Shown here: piece after piece, positions 1 to 8,920 of the stretch
How the letters are laid out: every line of letters starts with the position of its first letter
How positions within the stretch are numbered: position 1 is the first letter of the stretch
Source of the DNA: Candidatus Magasanikiibacteriota bacterium
GTDB lineage: Bacteria; Patescibacteriota; Patescibacteriia; Magasanikbacterales; GWA2-37-8
Direction: 5' to 3'
Assembly (NCBI GenBank): GCA_036744835.1
Contig: DAIOHD010000001.1
Span: 736,064 to 800,063 of the forward strand
Length of the DNA: 64,000 nucleotides
Translations under genes and position numbers: made by a program
The notes under the pieces: model-generated
Databases searched by the model: none
What the model saw: only the letters and a program-made list of their open reading frames with translations
What the model was told of the DNA's origin: nothing

Positions 1-392
1 CCACAGATCAATCCTTCGTGATATTGACGCAATAGTTCTTTGTCCATCCTGGGTTTATAATAAAACCCTTCCAAGTGAGCAAGCGATGAAAGTTTCATCA
101 AGTTTTTATAACCTGTATAATTTTCCGCTAACAATAGAATATGAAAATATTTATCCTGAGGATTTTTTTCAAAACGTGATCCACTGGCAATATACCCTTC
201 CATCCCAATGATTGGTTTGATTTCTTCTTTGAGACAAGCTTCATAAAATTCAATTGCGCCATACATATTGCCGTGATCAGTCAGAGCCAACGCCGAAAAA
301 CCGCGTTTCTTCGCGGTCTTTACCAATTCTTTGATTTTTGGCAGTCCGTCCAAAAGCGAGTAGTGGCTATGGACGTGGAGGTGGGTAAACAC
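1..392 (-). CDS. dnaE: DNA polymerase III alpha subunit, N-terminal PHP domain; 5' end only, gene continues upstream of window
   Basis: Reverse-strand translation begins (GTG at 390-392) VFTHLHVHSHYSLLDGLPKIKELVKTAKKRGFSALALTDHGNMYGAIEFYEACLKEEIKPIIGMEGY..., the classic DnaE PHP-domain start (HLHVHS..YSLLDG..ALTDHGN). Confidence 0.8.
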   Translation of the reverse strand, partial: MFTHLHVHSHYSLLDGLPKIKELVKTAKKRGFSALALTDHGNMYGAIEFYEACLKEEIKPIIGMEGYIASGSRFEKNPQDKYFHILLLAENYTGYKNLMKLSSLAHLEGFYYKPRMDKELLRQYHEGLIC

Positions 393-436
393 AAAAATTA
401 TTTAAAATTCAAAATTTAATATTTAAAATTATAAAC

Positions 437-546
437 GAATGTCATTGCGAGACCCGAAGGGACGCTAAGCGTTCCGAAGGGTCGTGGCAATCCCACTACT
501 TTCTGAACTTCATGAGATTGCTTCGTCATTACATTCCTCGCAATGA
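437..546. repeat. GTCATT-family element copy 1: 11-bp terminal inverted repeat GTCATTGCGAG ... CTCGCAATGAC enclosing ~88 nt with CCGAAGGG direct repeats
   Basis: Perfect IR gtcattgcgag (437-447) / ctcgcaatgac (536-546). Reverse complement aligns with the copy at 2163-2253 (gtcattgcGaggaatgTaatgacgaagcaat...ttcagaaagTagtgggatt). Confidence 0.5.
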
Positions 547-920
547 CAGTAGTGTTCGGTTTATTTTTTTTAAAAAAATAAACCAAAAAGACCCTCCCTT
601 TGGTTGCCTTTATAATAACTTAAAAAACTGTCTTTGGCAACTGGATAAATTTCGTTTAATTTATTTAAAATCCGCCTTTTCCACAAACACTTCAACCTAT
701 AGGTTGAAGTGTTTGTTTTGGCTAAAATAAAGGGATTATTCCCTCCTCTTCCTCAAGAGGAGGGCTAGGGTGGAATTTTTTAAAAAGACTCTCCCCTAAC
801 CTCCGCCTTCATCCAAGCTCCGTTAAAGCTACGCTGGACTACGGACGGACAAGCTCTCTCTTACATAAAAGAGGGGAATAAAAAACCCGCGCAGATATGC
901 ACGGGGTATGAAAGAACTTT

Positions 921-1451
921 TTAAGATATACGACGGAGAAGTAGACCAAGATGATTCCAAAAATCATTCTCCAGCGGCCTATAGTTTTTGGTCCATTCGT
1001 ATTCTTCCTTCCTCACATCATAATAACAATCGTCAATATAATAAAGCATTTCAGAATCATGGCCTTCGCTATTATTCCAGTTTGTAAAAATAAAATAATA
1101 ACGATAAAAACCACCAGGAATATCTCGTTGATGTTCCAAGATATAATCAGCATCATCAGCACCAAGACAAGCATTCAACGCCCTTGCTCTCTTGATAACT
1201 TCGTAACCAGTGATGGGCTTTTCTTTATCCTTTAGATATGGGATAACTTCATAGACCCTGTCGCCAATTTTCATTTCAACTGGCAAGGTTTCATACTTTT
1301 TTTCAGCAAAAGTAAGCTTTTTGCAAAACTGTAAAACCTTTTCTCTGTTTTCTCTCTCGATCAGTTTTTGGGAATTTTTTTCTCCCAAATCATTAAAAAA
1401 AACATCAACCTCTTGTTTAGATAATTTTACTTCATCCATCAGTCTCTCCAA
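921..1451 (-). CDS. hypothetical protein (no recognisable domain)
   Basis: 176-aa ORF from track; ordinary codon composition; no motif recognised. Confidence 0.4.
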   Translation of the reverse strand: MERLMDEVKLSKQEVDVFFNDLGEKNSQKLIERENREKVLQFCKKLTFAEKKYETLPVEMKIGDRVYEVIPYLKDKEKPITGYEVIKRARALNACLGADDADYILEHQRDIPGGFYRYYFIFTNWNNSEGHDSEMLYYIDDCYYDVRKEEYEWTKNYRPLENDFWNHLGLLLRRIS

Positions 1452-1551
1452 ATCTTTTCAGAATTTATAAATAAAAGGAACAAATTTGTTGATTGCTTAT
1501 ATTATTACAATATAAAGGTTTTGTCAATATAACTTTAACGCTTTATAAAAA

Positions 1552-1585
1552 CCAAAACTCGCCATTTTCAGGCGAGCTTTTTATA
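1552..1585 (-). terminator. rho-independent terminator (ctcgcc-attttca-ggcgag flanked by A-run/T-run), downstream of the 1643-2029 gene
   Basis: 6-bp GC stem plus flanking A/T tracts read directly. Confidence 0.45.
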
Positions 1586-1642
1586 ATTTGGATATTTTTT
1601 TATTCGGAGTATTCGGATATAATTTGTAGATTCGGATTATAT

Positions 1643-2029
1643 TTATTTTTTCATCTTCTTCGCCACTTTCTTCACTTTCTTTTGCGCTACAGCCATAGCT
1701 CTATCCACCGCATCTTTGGCAACATCGCCAAAATCCTCCACTTTATCATCCATAAAATCTCTAGCTTTTTTGGTGATGAAATTTTTCACCATTCCACCGG
1801 TAGTTTCTCTAGCCATCCCAAGCAAACTAACTATCCCCTCTACTTTATCTTGGATGGAATTTATAGTGTCCGTAATTCTCTGAAGACGTAAACGAAATTC
1901 TTCTACAATTGTATTTACATTTTTCAAAATCCTGGCGGCGTAATAAAACATGTAACAAATAAACGCCGTAACCCAGATGATACAAAACGAAATGACGATA
2001 TATAAAATATCTTTTGAATTTTCTAACAT
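1643..2029 (-). CDS. membrane-anchored coiled-coil protein, DUF948-like architecture (single N-terminal TM, helical body, Lys-rich tail)
   Basis: N-terminal hydrophobic segment ILYIVISFCIIWVTAFICYMFYY followed by helical region. Resembles DUF948 proteins only by architecture. Confidence 0.45.
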   Translation of the reverse strand: MLENSKDILYIVISFCIIWVTAFICYMFYYAARILKNVNTIVEEFRLRLQRITDTINSIQDKVEGIVSLLGMARETTGGMVKNFITKKARDFMDDKVEDFGDVAKDAVDRAMAVAQKKVKKVAKKMKK

Positions 2030-2107
2030 AGATCCTCCTTATTAAATTTTAATTATATTTAGATTATAACATTTTTTAAAATATTCGACAAGTAATTTGT
2101 TTAAAAT

Positions 2108-2300
2108 AACTCAAAACTCAAATGTCAAATCTCAAAACTACAATTTAAAACCTTAAAACCCTGTCATTGCAAGGAATGAAATGACGAAGCAATACCACAA
2201 AATTCAGAAAGCAGTGGGATTACTTCATCCGCTTTGCGGATTCGTAATGACACTTATCGTTAGTTTTGACATTTAAGGTTGTGGTTTTAACTTTTGAGAT
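2108..2300. repeat. MITE-like element copy A (composite): arms homologous to copies at 7847-7962 and 20487-20584, with a GTCATT-family element (2163-2253) nested in the core
   Basis: Left arm aactcaaaactcaaatgtcaaatctcaaaac matches copy B left arm. Right arm tagttttgacatttaagg..ttttgagatt is its inverted counterpart. Core replaced by gtcattgcaagg...cgtaatgacac. Confidence 0.55.
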
Positions 2301-2304
2301 TAAT

Positions 2305-4767
2305 CTAATTTCTAATCTCTGCCCCAAACTTATCTTTCAATATTTTCACTATCTCCCCCATCACATCATCCACCTCTTCGTTCTTCAAAGTACGAGTGGA
2401 ATCGGAAAAAACAAAATGATACGCCATACTTTTAAATCCCTCTTTGACATGTTCGCCTTCATAAACATCAAACAATTCCACGAATTTCAAAATCGGTGAA
2501 ATATTTTGCAAAGATTTTAAAATTTCTTGATGTGTAACTTTTTTTTCTGCCACAAAAGCCAAATCACGAGTAGGTTCTGGAAATTGAGATAATGTTTGAT
2601 AAATAAAATCTTTTTTGGTTTTCAAAATATCTCGCAGATCGCTGAGATTTATTTCTACCACTCCAACTCTATCATTCAAATCCCATTTTTTGGCAGTGAG
2701 TGGATTGAGCTCATATACAAAACCTATTTTTTGCTCTTGCACCATCATCTCCCCGGCTCTGCCTGGATGCATATAACCTTTGATTTCTTTAATTTCTCTT
2801 AAATCAAAATTGAGTTGCAAATTTTCCATCACTTTTTCCAAAACCAAACGCGCTTTGATAAAACCGTTGTCACTTTTTTTCTCATAATTTATCGCGGTCA
2901 AGAAAACATCCTGACGTGGTAAAAGCTCATCTTCATTAGAAATTTCTCTTGGCCCCGGTAATTCAGATAAATATGTTTTTCCAATTTCAAAAATATCCAC
3001 CCGATCAAAATTTTCCATATTCTTTTGGACATTTTCCAATAAGTTTGGTAACAATTCTCGACGTAAATAAGGTTTTTCACTAGACAAAGGATTATCTAGT
3101 TCCAAATATTTATTTTTATCTTCACCCAAACGATCTATTTGCAAACCACTAACAAAAGAATAATTATCAACTTCATCGTAAACCAATTCTTTGGTCAAAA
3201 TATTTCGCAAATTGTGTTCCAAATCGCGTAAAATATTTTTTTCTGGAGGAGTAATTTCAAACTCCGGCATAGTGCTTTCGATTTTATCATAACCATAAAT
3301 CCTACCAACTTCTTCAATCAAATCTTCAGAAAGAGATATGTCTTTGGTAGCGCGCCAAGTCGGTATTTTGACACTCAATCCGTCTTTGCCTTTTTCTTTA
3401 ACTTCAAAACCCAGTCTTTGCAAGATACTGATGATTTCTTTTTTCTCAATTTGCACTCCAAGTTTTTTACAAATATCGCTCATGCTAGTTTGTAGCGGTC
3501 CAGTAGCTAGGTGGAAGTTCTTTTTATCTTCTACATTACTTATCACTTTGGCCTCAGAACAAAGCTCCAGCACCATCTCCACCGCTTTTTTCAAAGCTAT
3601 TTCCGCCATATTGGGGTCCAGGCTTTTTTCAAAACGAGCAGAGGAATCCGTGCGACTATCATAATGTAACGCGGTTTTACGCACACAAACTGGATCAAAA
3701 TTCGCAGCTTCAAAAATAATCTCTGTGGTATTGTCATTTATCCCACTATAAAATCCGCCCATCACCCCAGCAAGCGCGATAGGTTTTTCATCATCTGCAA
3801 TAACCAAATCGTTTTCCGTCAAAGATAATTCTTTTTCATCCAACAATTTGAATTTTTCTTTGTCAGTTGCTGTGCGAACAATGATGTGTTTTTGATTTTT
3901 GTTTTTTGTTTGGAGAGTTTGAGCGTCAAATGCATGAAGTGGTTGTCCCAAATCAAACATTATATAGTTAGTAATATCAACAATATTATTGATACTGCGC
4001 AAACCGATAGATGACAGCGCTCTTTGTAACCAGAGAGGCGACGGGCCAACTTGCACTCCGCTTATCGCTACAGCCATATAGCGCGGACAAAGCGGTTCAT
4101 CCTCCACTGTAACTTTCAATTTTATTTCTTTGCCCGGAGTTATTTCTTTTGTTTCGTAAGCACCAAATTCACGAGGAAAAAGCACAGCCACTTCGCGAGC
4201 GATACCATAATGTCCCCAGAGATCAGGACGATTGGAAAGAGATTTGTTGTCAATTTCCAAAATCACATCGTCTAATCCAAGAGCTTTTTTCAAATCCACC
4301 CCAACTTTCAAATTTAGCATGGTCAAATCCAAAATTTCTTTTTCATCTTTGAGCGGAAACATTTCAGTCAATCCGATTTCGCTCCCCGCACAAATCATGC
4401 CATAGGAATCTATGTCTCTGATTTTGGTCGGTACGATTTCCACCAACTCCCCCTCGCCGTGCCAACGAACTTTAGCACCTACTTTGGCCACTGCTACGAG
4501 CATGTCAGTAGTAACGTTACTGCCACCACAAACAATCTGAACTTTCTCTTTTCCCAAATCTACTTGGCAAAGTTTCAATTTATCAGCGTTGGGATGTTTA
4601 TCGGCTTTAAGCACCTTACCCACTACAATATTTTCTAAATTATCACCTTGTTTTATAATATTTTCCACTTCTACTGTACTCAATTTCAATTTCTCCGCCA
4701 CTATTTCGGGGGTGATGGAGTCAGGGATGGTAACGTATTTTTTCAGCCAATTGTATGAAATTAACAT
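2305..4767 (-). CDS. pheT: phenylalanine--tRNA ligase beta subunit
   Basis: 820 aa; MLISYNWLKKYV start, B3/4 and tRNA-binding regions, C-terminal FDVYEG..SMAY motif typical of PheT. Confidence 0.95.
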   Translation of the reverse strand: MLISYNWLKKYVTIPDSITPEIVAEKLKLSTVEVENIIKQGDNLENIVVGKVLKADKHPNADKLKLCQVDLGKEKVQIVCGGSNVTTDMLVAVAKVGAKVRWHGEGELVEIVPTKIRDIDSYGMICAGSEIGLTEMFPLKDEKEILDLTMLNLKVGVDLKKALGLDDVILEIDNKSLSNRPDLWGHYGIAREVAVLFPREFGAYETKEITPGKEIKLKVTVEDEPLCPRYMAVAISGVQVGPSPLWLQRALSSIGLRSINNIVDITNYIMFDLGQPLHAFDAQTLQTKNKNQKHIIVRTATDKEKFKLLDEKELSLTENDLVIADDEKPIALAGVMGGFYSGINDNTTEIIFEAANFDPVCVRKTALHYDSRTDSSARFEKSLDPNMAEIALKKAVEMVLELCSEAKVISNVEDKKNFHLATGPLQTSMSDICKKLGVQIEKKEIISILQRLGFEVKEKGKDGLSVKIPTWRATKDISLSEDLIEEVGRIYGYDKIESTMPEFEITPPEKNILRDLEHNLRNILTKELVYDEVDNYSFVSGLQIDRLGEDKNKYLELDNPLSSEKPYLRRELLPNLLENVQKNMENFDRVDIFEIGKTYLSELPGPREISNEDELLPRQDVFLTAINYEKKSDNGFIKARLVLEKVMENLQLNFDLREIKEIKGYMHPGRAGEMMVQEQKIGFVYELNPLTAKKWDLNDRVGVVEINLSDLRDILKTKKDFIYQTLSQFPEPTRDLAFVAEKKVTHQEILKSLQNISPILKFVELFDVYEGEHVKEGFKSMAYHFVFSDSTRTLKNEEVDDVMGEIVKILKDKFGAEIRN

Positions 4768-4901
4768 ATTTTATTAAATTTTTAATTTTTAATTTTACAA
4801 TTTTTAATTAATTTTCAATTTCGTAATTTCGCCCGCCTGCCATTCGCCTTATGGCTCTAGGCCTTTGGCGGGCAGGTATTCTTTCATACGTTCGTAAGTA
4901 A

Positions 4902-5933
4902 CTAAAATTGTTTTATAAAACTAAGATTGCCACTTTGTAACAATCTCACATCATCTATCCCATATTTGAGCATCACCATACGAGTCAAGCCAAAACCAAA
5001 AGCAAAACCACTATAAACTTGTGGATCAAGACCGCCAGCTCGCATCACATTGGGGTGGATCATCCCGGCGCCAAAAATTTCCATCCAACCAGTATGTTTA
5101 CAAACACCACATCCTTTTCCACCACAAAGCAAACAAGTCACTTCTCCGTTTACTCCCGGTTCAACAAACGGATAAAATTTCGGACGCAAACGAACTTTAG
5201 TTTCCGGACCAAACAAATATTGTGCTACATTTTCCAAAACCGCTTTCATGTGACCAAAGTTAATATTTTTATCCACCACCACACCTTCCAATTGATAAAA
5301 AGTATGTTCGTGTCTAGCATCTGTAGCTTCATTGCGAAAACAACGACCCGGGGTAATCATTCTCAAAGGTGCACCGTATTTTTCCATCGCCCGAACTTGG
5401 TTGGAAGAAGTATGAGTGCGCACCAACCAATTTTCATGATTTTTAATATAAAAAGTATCCTGACTTTCTCTGGCCGGATGGGTGGGTGGAATATTTATCG
5501 CTTCAAAATTGTAGTAATCACTTTCTAATTCCGGGCCATCCAACACCATAAAACCCATGGATGTAAACAAATCTTCCAAATCTTTTTGTACAATAGAATT
5601 GGGGTGTATATGTCCGCTTTCTTTTTTAGGTAAATAAGGTTGACTCAAATCAGCTTTTTCCTGGGCGATTATTTGCGCAAATCCAGCACTACTGAGTTCT
5701 TCTCTTTTACTATTTATCGCCTCTTCCAGTTCTTTTTTGATTTCATTAAGCATTTGTCCGATATTTTTCCTTTCTTCTGCGTTTAAATCTTTCATGCCTT
5801 TCATGAGCTCGGTCAATTCCCCATTTTTACGACCTAAATATTTATTTTCTAAATCATTTAACTCTGCTTCATTTTTACTTTCCAAAATTATAGGCAAAGC
5901 TTTTGTTTTTAATTGTTGCAATTTTTCTTGCAT
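4902..5933 (-). CDS. pheS: phenylalanine--tRNA ligase alpha subunit
   Basis: 343 aa; class II aaRS motifs (FRNEATDARHEHTFYQLEGVVVD, GFAFGFGLTRMVM). Confidence 0.95.
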   Translation of the reverse strand: MQEKLQQLKTKALPIILESKNEAELNDLENKYLGRKNGELTELMKGMKDLNAEERKNIGQMLNEIKKELEEAINSKREELSSAGFAQIIAQEKADLSQPYLPKKESGHIHPNSIVQKDLEDLFTSMGFMVLDGPELESDYYNFEAINIPPTHPARESQDTFYIKNHENWLVRTHTSSNQVRAMEKYGAPLRMITPGRCFRNEATDARHEHTFYQLEGVVVDKNINFGHMKAVLENVAQYLFGPETKVRLRPKFYPFVEPGVNGEVTCLLCGGKGCGVCKHTGWMEIFGAGMIHPNVMRAGGLDPQVYSGFAFGFGLTRMVMLKYGIDDVRLLQSGNLSFIKQF

Positions 5934-5939
5934 AGATTT

Positions 5940-7100
5940 TTAAAATATTTTATTTACCAAATTTATAAATATACCTCTAAATACTGATAAATCTTTTATC
6001 GTCACTACTAAAATCAAAAGCATCAACAACATGAAACCGACCGAGTGTGCAATTTGTTCAAATTTTGCTGGAGCTAATTTTTTATTTATTTTATTTAAAA
6101 TCAAAAATAATAATCTACCGCCGTCCAGTGCTGGAATCGGCAAAATATTTATGAAAGCTAAATTGAGAGACAATATAGCGGTAAATTGTAATAGATATAT
6201 AAAACCAAGTTTAGCAATTTTCCCGGTCATCACCGCAATACCTATCGGTCCGGCCATATCGCCAGCCATACTGGTTCCAACAAAAAGACCCTTAATAAAA
6301 TCCCAAAATGCGATAGCAATAGCGCCAAACATCAGAAAAGCGTTTTTAAATCCATAATAAAAAGATAAATACCAAGGATAGCTTACTGTGCCCAATTCTG
6401 CGATAGCCACACCGATACCAGCTCGACCGGTTTCCTCATACACAAAAGGTTTAATTTCTTTGGTAATTATTTCCTCGCCTCTTTTTATTGCAATGACTAT
6501 GTCTTCATCCCGATGGTTGTTAATATAATCCTGCATTTCTTTGAGTCGTGGATAATCTATAGAACCGACTTGGATAACCGCATCTCCTTCTTGTAAACCA
6601 GCGGTAGCGGCCGGTTTATTGGCAATTACTTGTAAAATTTCCACGCGACGATTTTCTACTTTAGCGCTATCTGGTAATTGCTCGGTCACTTGTGGTAAGC
6701 CAAACATATAACCAACAGAAAATAAAGCTCCGGCCAAAACTATGTTCATCACCACACCAGCTACAATAGTTACGGCTTTGGGCCAAAAACTTTTGGTTTG
6801 AAAACTATCCGGAGCCAAATCCTGTTCGTTTTCTCCGCGAATACTGACAAACCCGCCCAAAGGCAACCAATTTACACTATATAATGTATCGGCCGGACAA
6901 TCTTTGGCTTCATATTTTTTCCCGACAAATTTTATTTTTTTGGTAATAGGGTCTTTGTACCAACCAAAAGCACGAGGTGGAAAACCAAAACCAAATTCAT
7001 AAACTTTTATTCCACTTTTACGCGCGGAAACAAAATGTCCAAATTCGTGAGAAAGGACGAGAACGGCGAGAACGGCGATGAAGATAACTAATGTGAGCAT
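5940..7100 (-). CDS. rseP: RIP metalloprotease RseP (site-2 protease, M50 family with PDZ domain)
   Basis: HEFGHFVSAR zinc motif, PDZ region, C-terminal LDGG motif; multiple TM segments. Confidence 0.9.
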   Translation of the reverse strand: MLTLVIFIAVLAVLVLSHEFGHFVSARKSGIKVYEFGFGFPPRAFGWYKDPITKKIKFVGKKYEAKDCPADTLYSVNWLPLGGFVSIRGENEQDLAPDSFQTKSFWPKAVTIVAGVVMNIVLAGALFSVGYMFGLPQVTEQLPDSAKVENRRVEILQVIANKPAATAGLQEGDAVIQVGSIDYPRLKEMQDYINNHRDEDIVIAIKRGEEIITKEIKPFVYEETGRAGIGVAIAELGTVSYPWYLSFYYGFKNAFLMFGAIAIAFWDFIKGLFVGTSMAGDMAGPIGIAVMTGKIAKLGFIYLLQFTAILSLNLAFINILPIPALDGGRLLFLILNKINKKLAPAKFEQIAHSVGFMLLMLLILVVTIKDLSVFRGIFINLVNKIF

Positions 7101-7265
7101 AATAATTTAAGAAATTTAAAAAATTCAAAAGATTTAAGAAATTAAAAAACAATCTTTTAAATCTATTAAATCTTTTTAATCTTTTGAATATTGTTTCTTG
7201 CCTATTTCAGACAATACGGTATAATAAAACAACTTAACAAAAGTTAATTTATTATTTTAACCTAT

Positions 7266-7832
7266 ATGAGTATACTTTACATCGTTTTGGGGGTTTTGGC
7301 AATAGTCATTTTTTGGCTGATTGCTACGTATAACGGCTTAATTACCACAAAAAATCGCGTGGATGAAGCCACTTCCGATATTGACGTTCAACTCAAACGT
7401 CGCTATGATTTAATCCCAAATTTGGTAGAAACAGTCAAAGGTTATATGACTCACGAACGTGAAACTTTGGTCAAATTGACCGAAGCTCGCACCGCAGCCA
7501 TGACTACTCATGACAAAAAAGACGCTACTTTAGCGGAAAAAGAACAAGCAGAAAATGAATTGTCCTCTACTCTCAAAACTATTTTTGCAGTATCTGAAAA
7601 TTATCCTGATCTCAAAGCTAGTCAAAATTTCTTACAACTTCAAGATGAAATTTCCGATACGGAAAATAAAATTCAAGCTTCTCGCCGATTTTATAATGGC
7701 AATGTTCGTGATTTCAACACCAAAATTCAAGTCTTCCCTACCAATCTTATCGCTGGAATGTTGAAATTTGTTAAATACGAATTTTTTCAAGCAGCAGAGG
7801 GTGAAAGACAGAATGTACAAGTTAAATTTTAA
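7266..7832 (+). CDS. lemA: LemA family protein
   Basis: N-terminal TM then conserved LemA core (ATYNGLITTKNRVDEA...QLKRRYDLIPNLVETVKGY). Confidence 0.9.
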   Translation: MSILYIVLGVLAIVIFWLIATYNGLITTKNRVDEATSDIDVQLKRRYDLIPNLVETVKGYMTHERETLVKLTEARTAAMTTHDKKDATLAEKEQAENELSSTLKTIFAVSENYPDLKASQNFLQLQDEISDTENKIQASRRFYNGNVRDFNTKIQVFPTNLIAGMLKFVKYEFFQAAEGERQNVQVKF

Positions 7833-7846
7833 AATATAACTTGACC

Positions 7847-7962
7847 AAACTCAAAACTCAAATGTCAAAAGTCAAAACTTTGGTGTCCCTGCGGGACAAT
7901 TTAATTAGACATCGCGAAGCGATACTTTAGTTTTGAGATTTGCATTTTGAGATTTGAGATTT
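7847..7962. repeat. MITE-like element copy B (~116 bp) with imperfect terminal inverted repeats and internal gtccc..gggac hairpin
   Basis: Aligns along its length with 20487-20584: ...aaaagtcaaaactt(t/c)ggtgtccc[hairpin]gcgaagcgatacNNtagttttgagatttgagattt. Confidence 0.6.
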
Positions 7963-7969
7963 AATTTTT

Positions 7970-8866
7970 ATGTATAACGAAATTTCTTCCAACAAACGTA
8001 AATCCGTCTTTTTGATGATGATATTTATCGCATTTATTATTTTAATTGGCTATGTTTTTGATCTTGCTTATGGCAATCAAAACGGAATTTCCGGAATATT
8101 TATTGCAATTGTTTTTTCTTTGGGGATGACGGCTGTTTCTTATTTTTCTGGTGATAAAATTGCGCTCAGTACTACCGGAGCAAAACTCGTGGCTCATGAT
8201 GACAATAAATATTATTATCATTTAGTAGAAAATCTTTGCATTGCCAGTGGTACCCCGATGCCAAAACTTTATATTATAGAAGATCAAGCGATAAACGCTT
8301 TTGCTACTGGTCGCAAACCCGAAACCGCTTCTATCGCTGTGACTCGCGGAGCATTAGAAAAACTCACCAACGAAGAATTGGAAGGCGTGTTGGCTCACGA
8401 ACTGTCTCATATCAAAAATTACGACATTCGTTTTATGATGTTAGTAGCAGTATTAGTCGGCACTATCGCGATTTTTTCAGATATGATGATACGCTCCACT
8501 TTTTTTCGTAGAGGTAATAATGATAGAAATGGCGGGAGCAATCAATTGGCCGCTGTATTTATGCTTGTCGGAATTATTTTGGCCATACTTTCTCCAATAA
8601 TCGCCGAGCTTATCAAACTAGCAATCTCTCGCCAACGCGAATATCTCGCTGACGCTTCCGGCTCACTTCTAACTCGTTATCCTGAAGGATTGGCTTCTGC
8701 TTTAGAAAAAATATCAAGAGAAAATCGCCCCATGCAAAAAGCATCTTCGGCTACTGCCCATCTTTTCATTGCATCACCGTTTAGCGGTAAAAAAATTTCC
8801 TCTATGTTTTCCACTCACCCGCCGGTAGAAGAGAGAGTAAAAAGATTAAGAATGATGGGAAGTTAA
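7970..8866 (+). CDS. htpX: zinc metalloprotease HtpX (M48)
   Basis: HELSHIKNYD zinc motif, four TM segments, C-terminal HPP..ERV motif. Confidence 0.9.
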   Translation: MYNEISSNKRKSVFLMMIFIAFIILIGYVFDLAYGNQNGISGIFIAIVFSLGMTAVSYFSGDKIALSTTGAKLVAHDDNKYYYHLVENLCIASGTPMPKLYIIEDQAINAFATGRKPETASIAVTRGALEKLTNEELEGVLAHELSHIKNYDIRFMMLVAVLVGTIAIFSDMMIRSTFFRRGNNDRNGGSNQLAAVFMLVGIILAILSPIIAELIKLAISRQREYLADASGSLLTRYPEGLASALEKISRENRPMQKASSATAHLFIASPFSGKKISSMFSTHPPVEERVKRLRMMGS

Positions 8867-8884
8867 AAATTAATTTTAAATAAA

Positions 8885-8920
8885 AAGAAGCAGGTCGATA
8901 AACGACCTGCTTTTATTTTT
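8885..8920. terminator. bidirectional rho-independent terminator (gcaggtcg-ataaa-cgacctgc with A-run and T-run) between htpX and the convergent ankyrin gene
   Basis: 8-bp perfect stem read directly. Confidence 0.6.

Noticed and set aside
512-730. 72-aa ORF on plus strand
   Set aside because: Lies entirely within the GTCATT-element and intergenic repeat region. Low-complexity translation; no start context. Treated as non-coding.
4770-4900. Possible T-box leader for the pheST operon
   Set aside because: The position is intercistronic (between pheS and pheT), not upstream of pheS; pheS follows rseP within 7 bp. No specifier loop or T-box consensus (AATTAGGGTGGNACCGCG) found.
5019-5528. 169-aa plus-strand ORF
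   Set aside because: Antisense to, and fully embedded in, the well-supported pheS gene; typical shadow ORF. The same reasoning applies to the other embedded antisense ORFs in the track (e.g. 3338-3664 in pheT, 13599-13832 in clpC, 54385-54801 in tuf, 58920-59405 in fusA).
7101-7180. CRISPR-like short repeats
   Set aside because: The aagatttaa-type words are irregular, AT-only, without uniform repeat/spacer periodicity and with no cas genes in the window. Not a CRISPR array.
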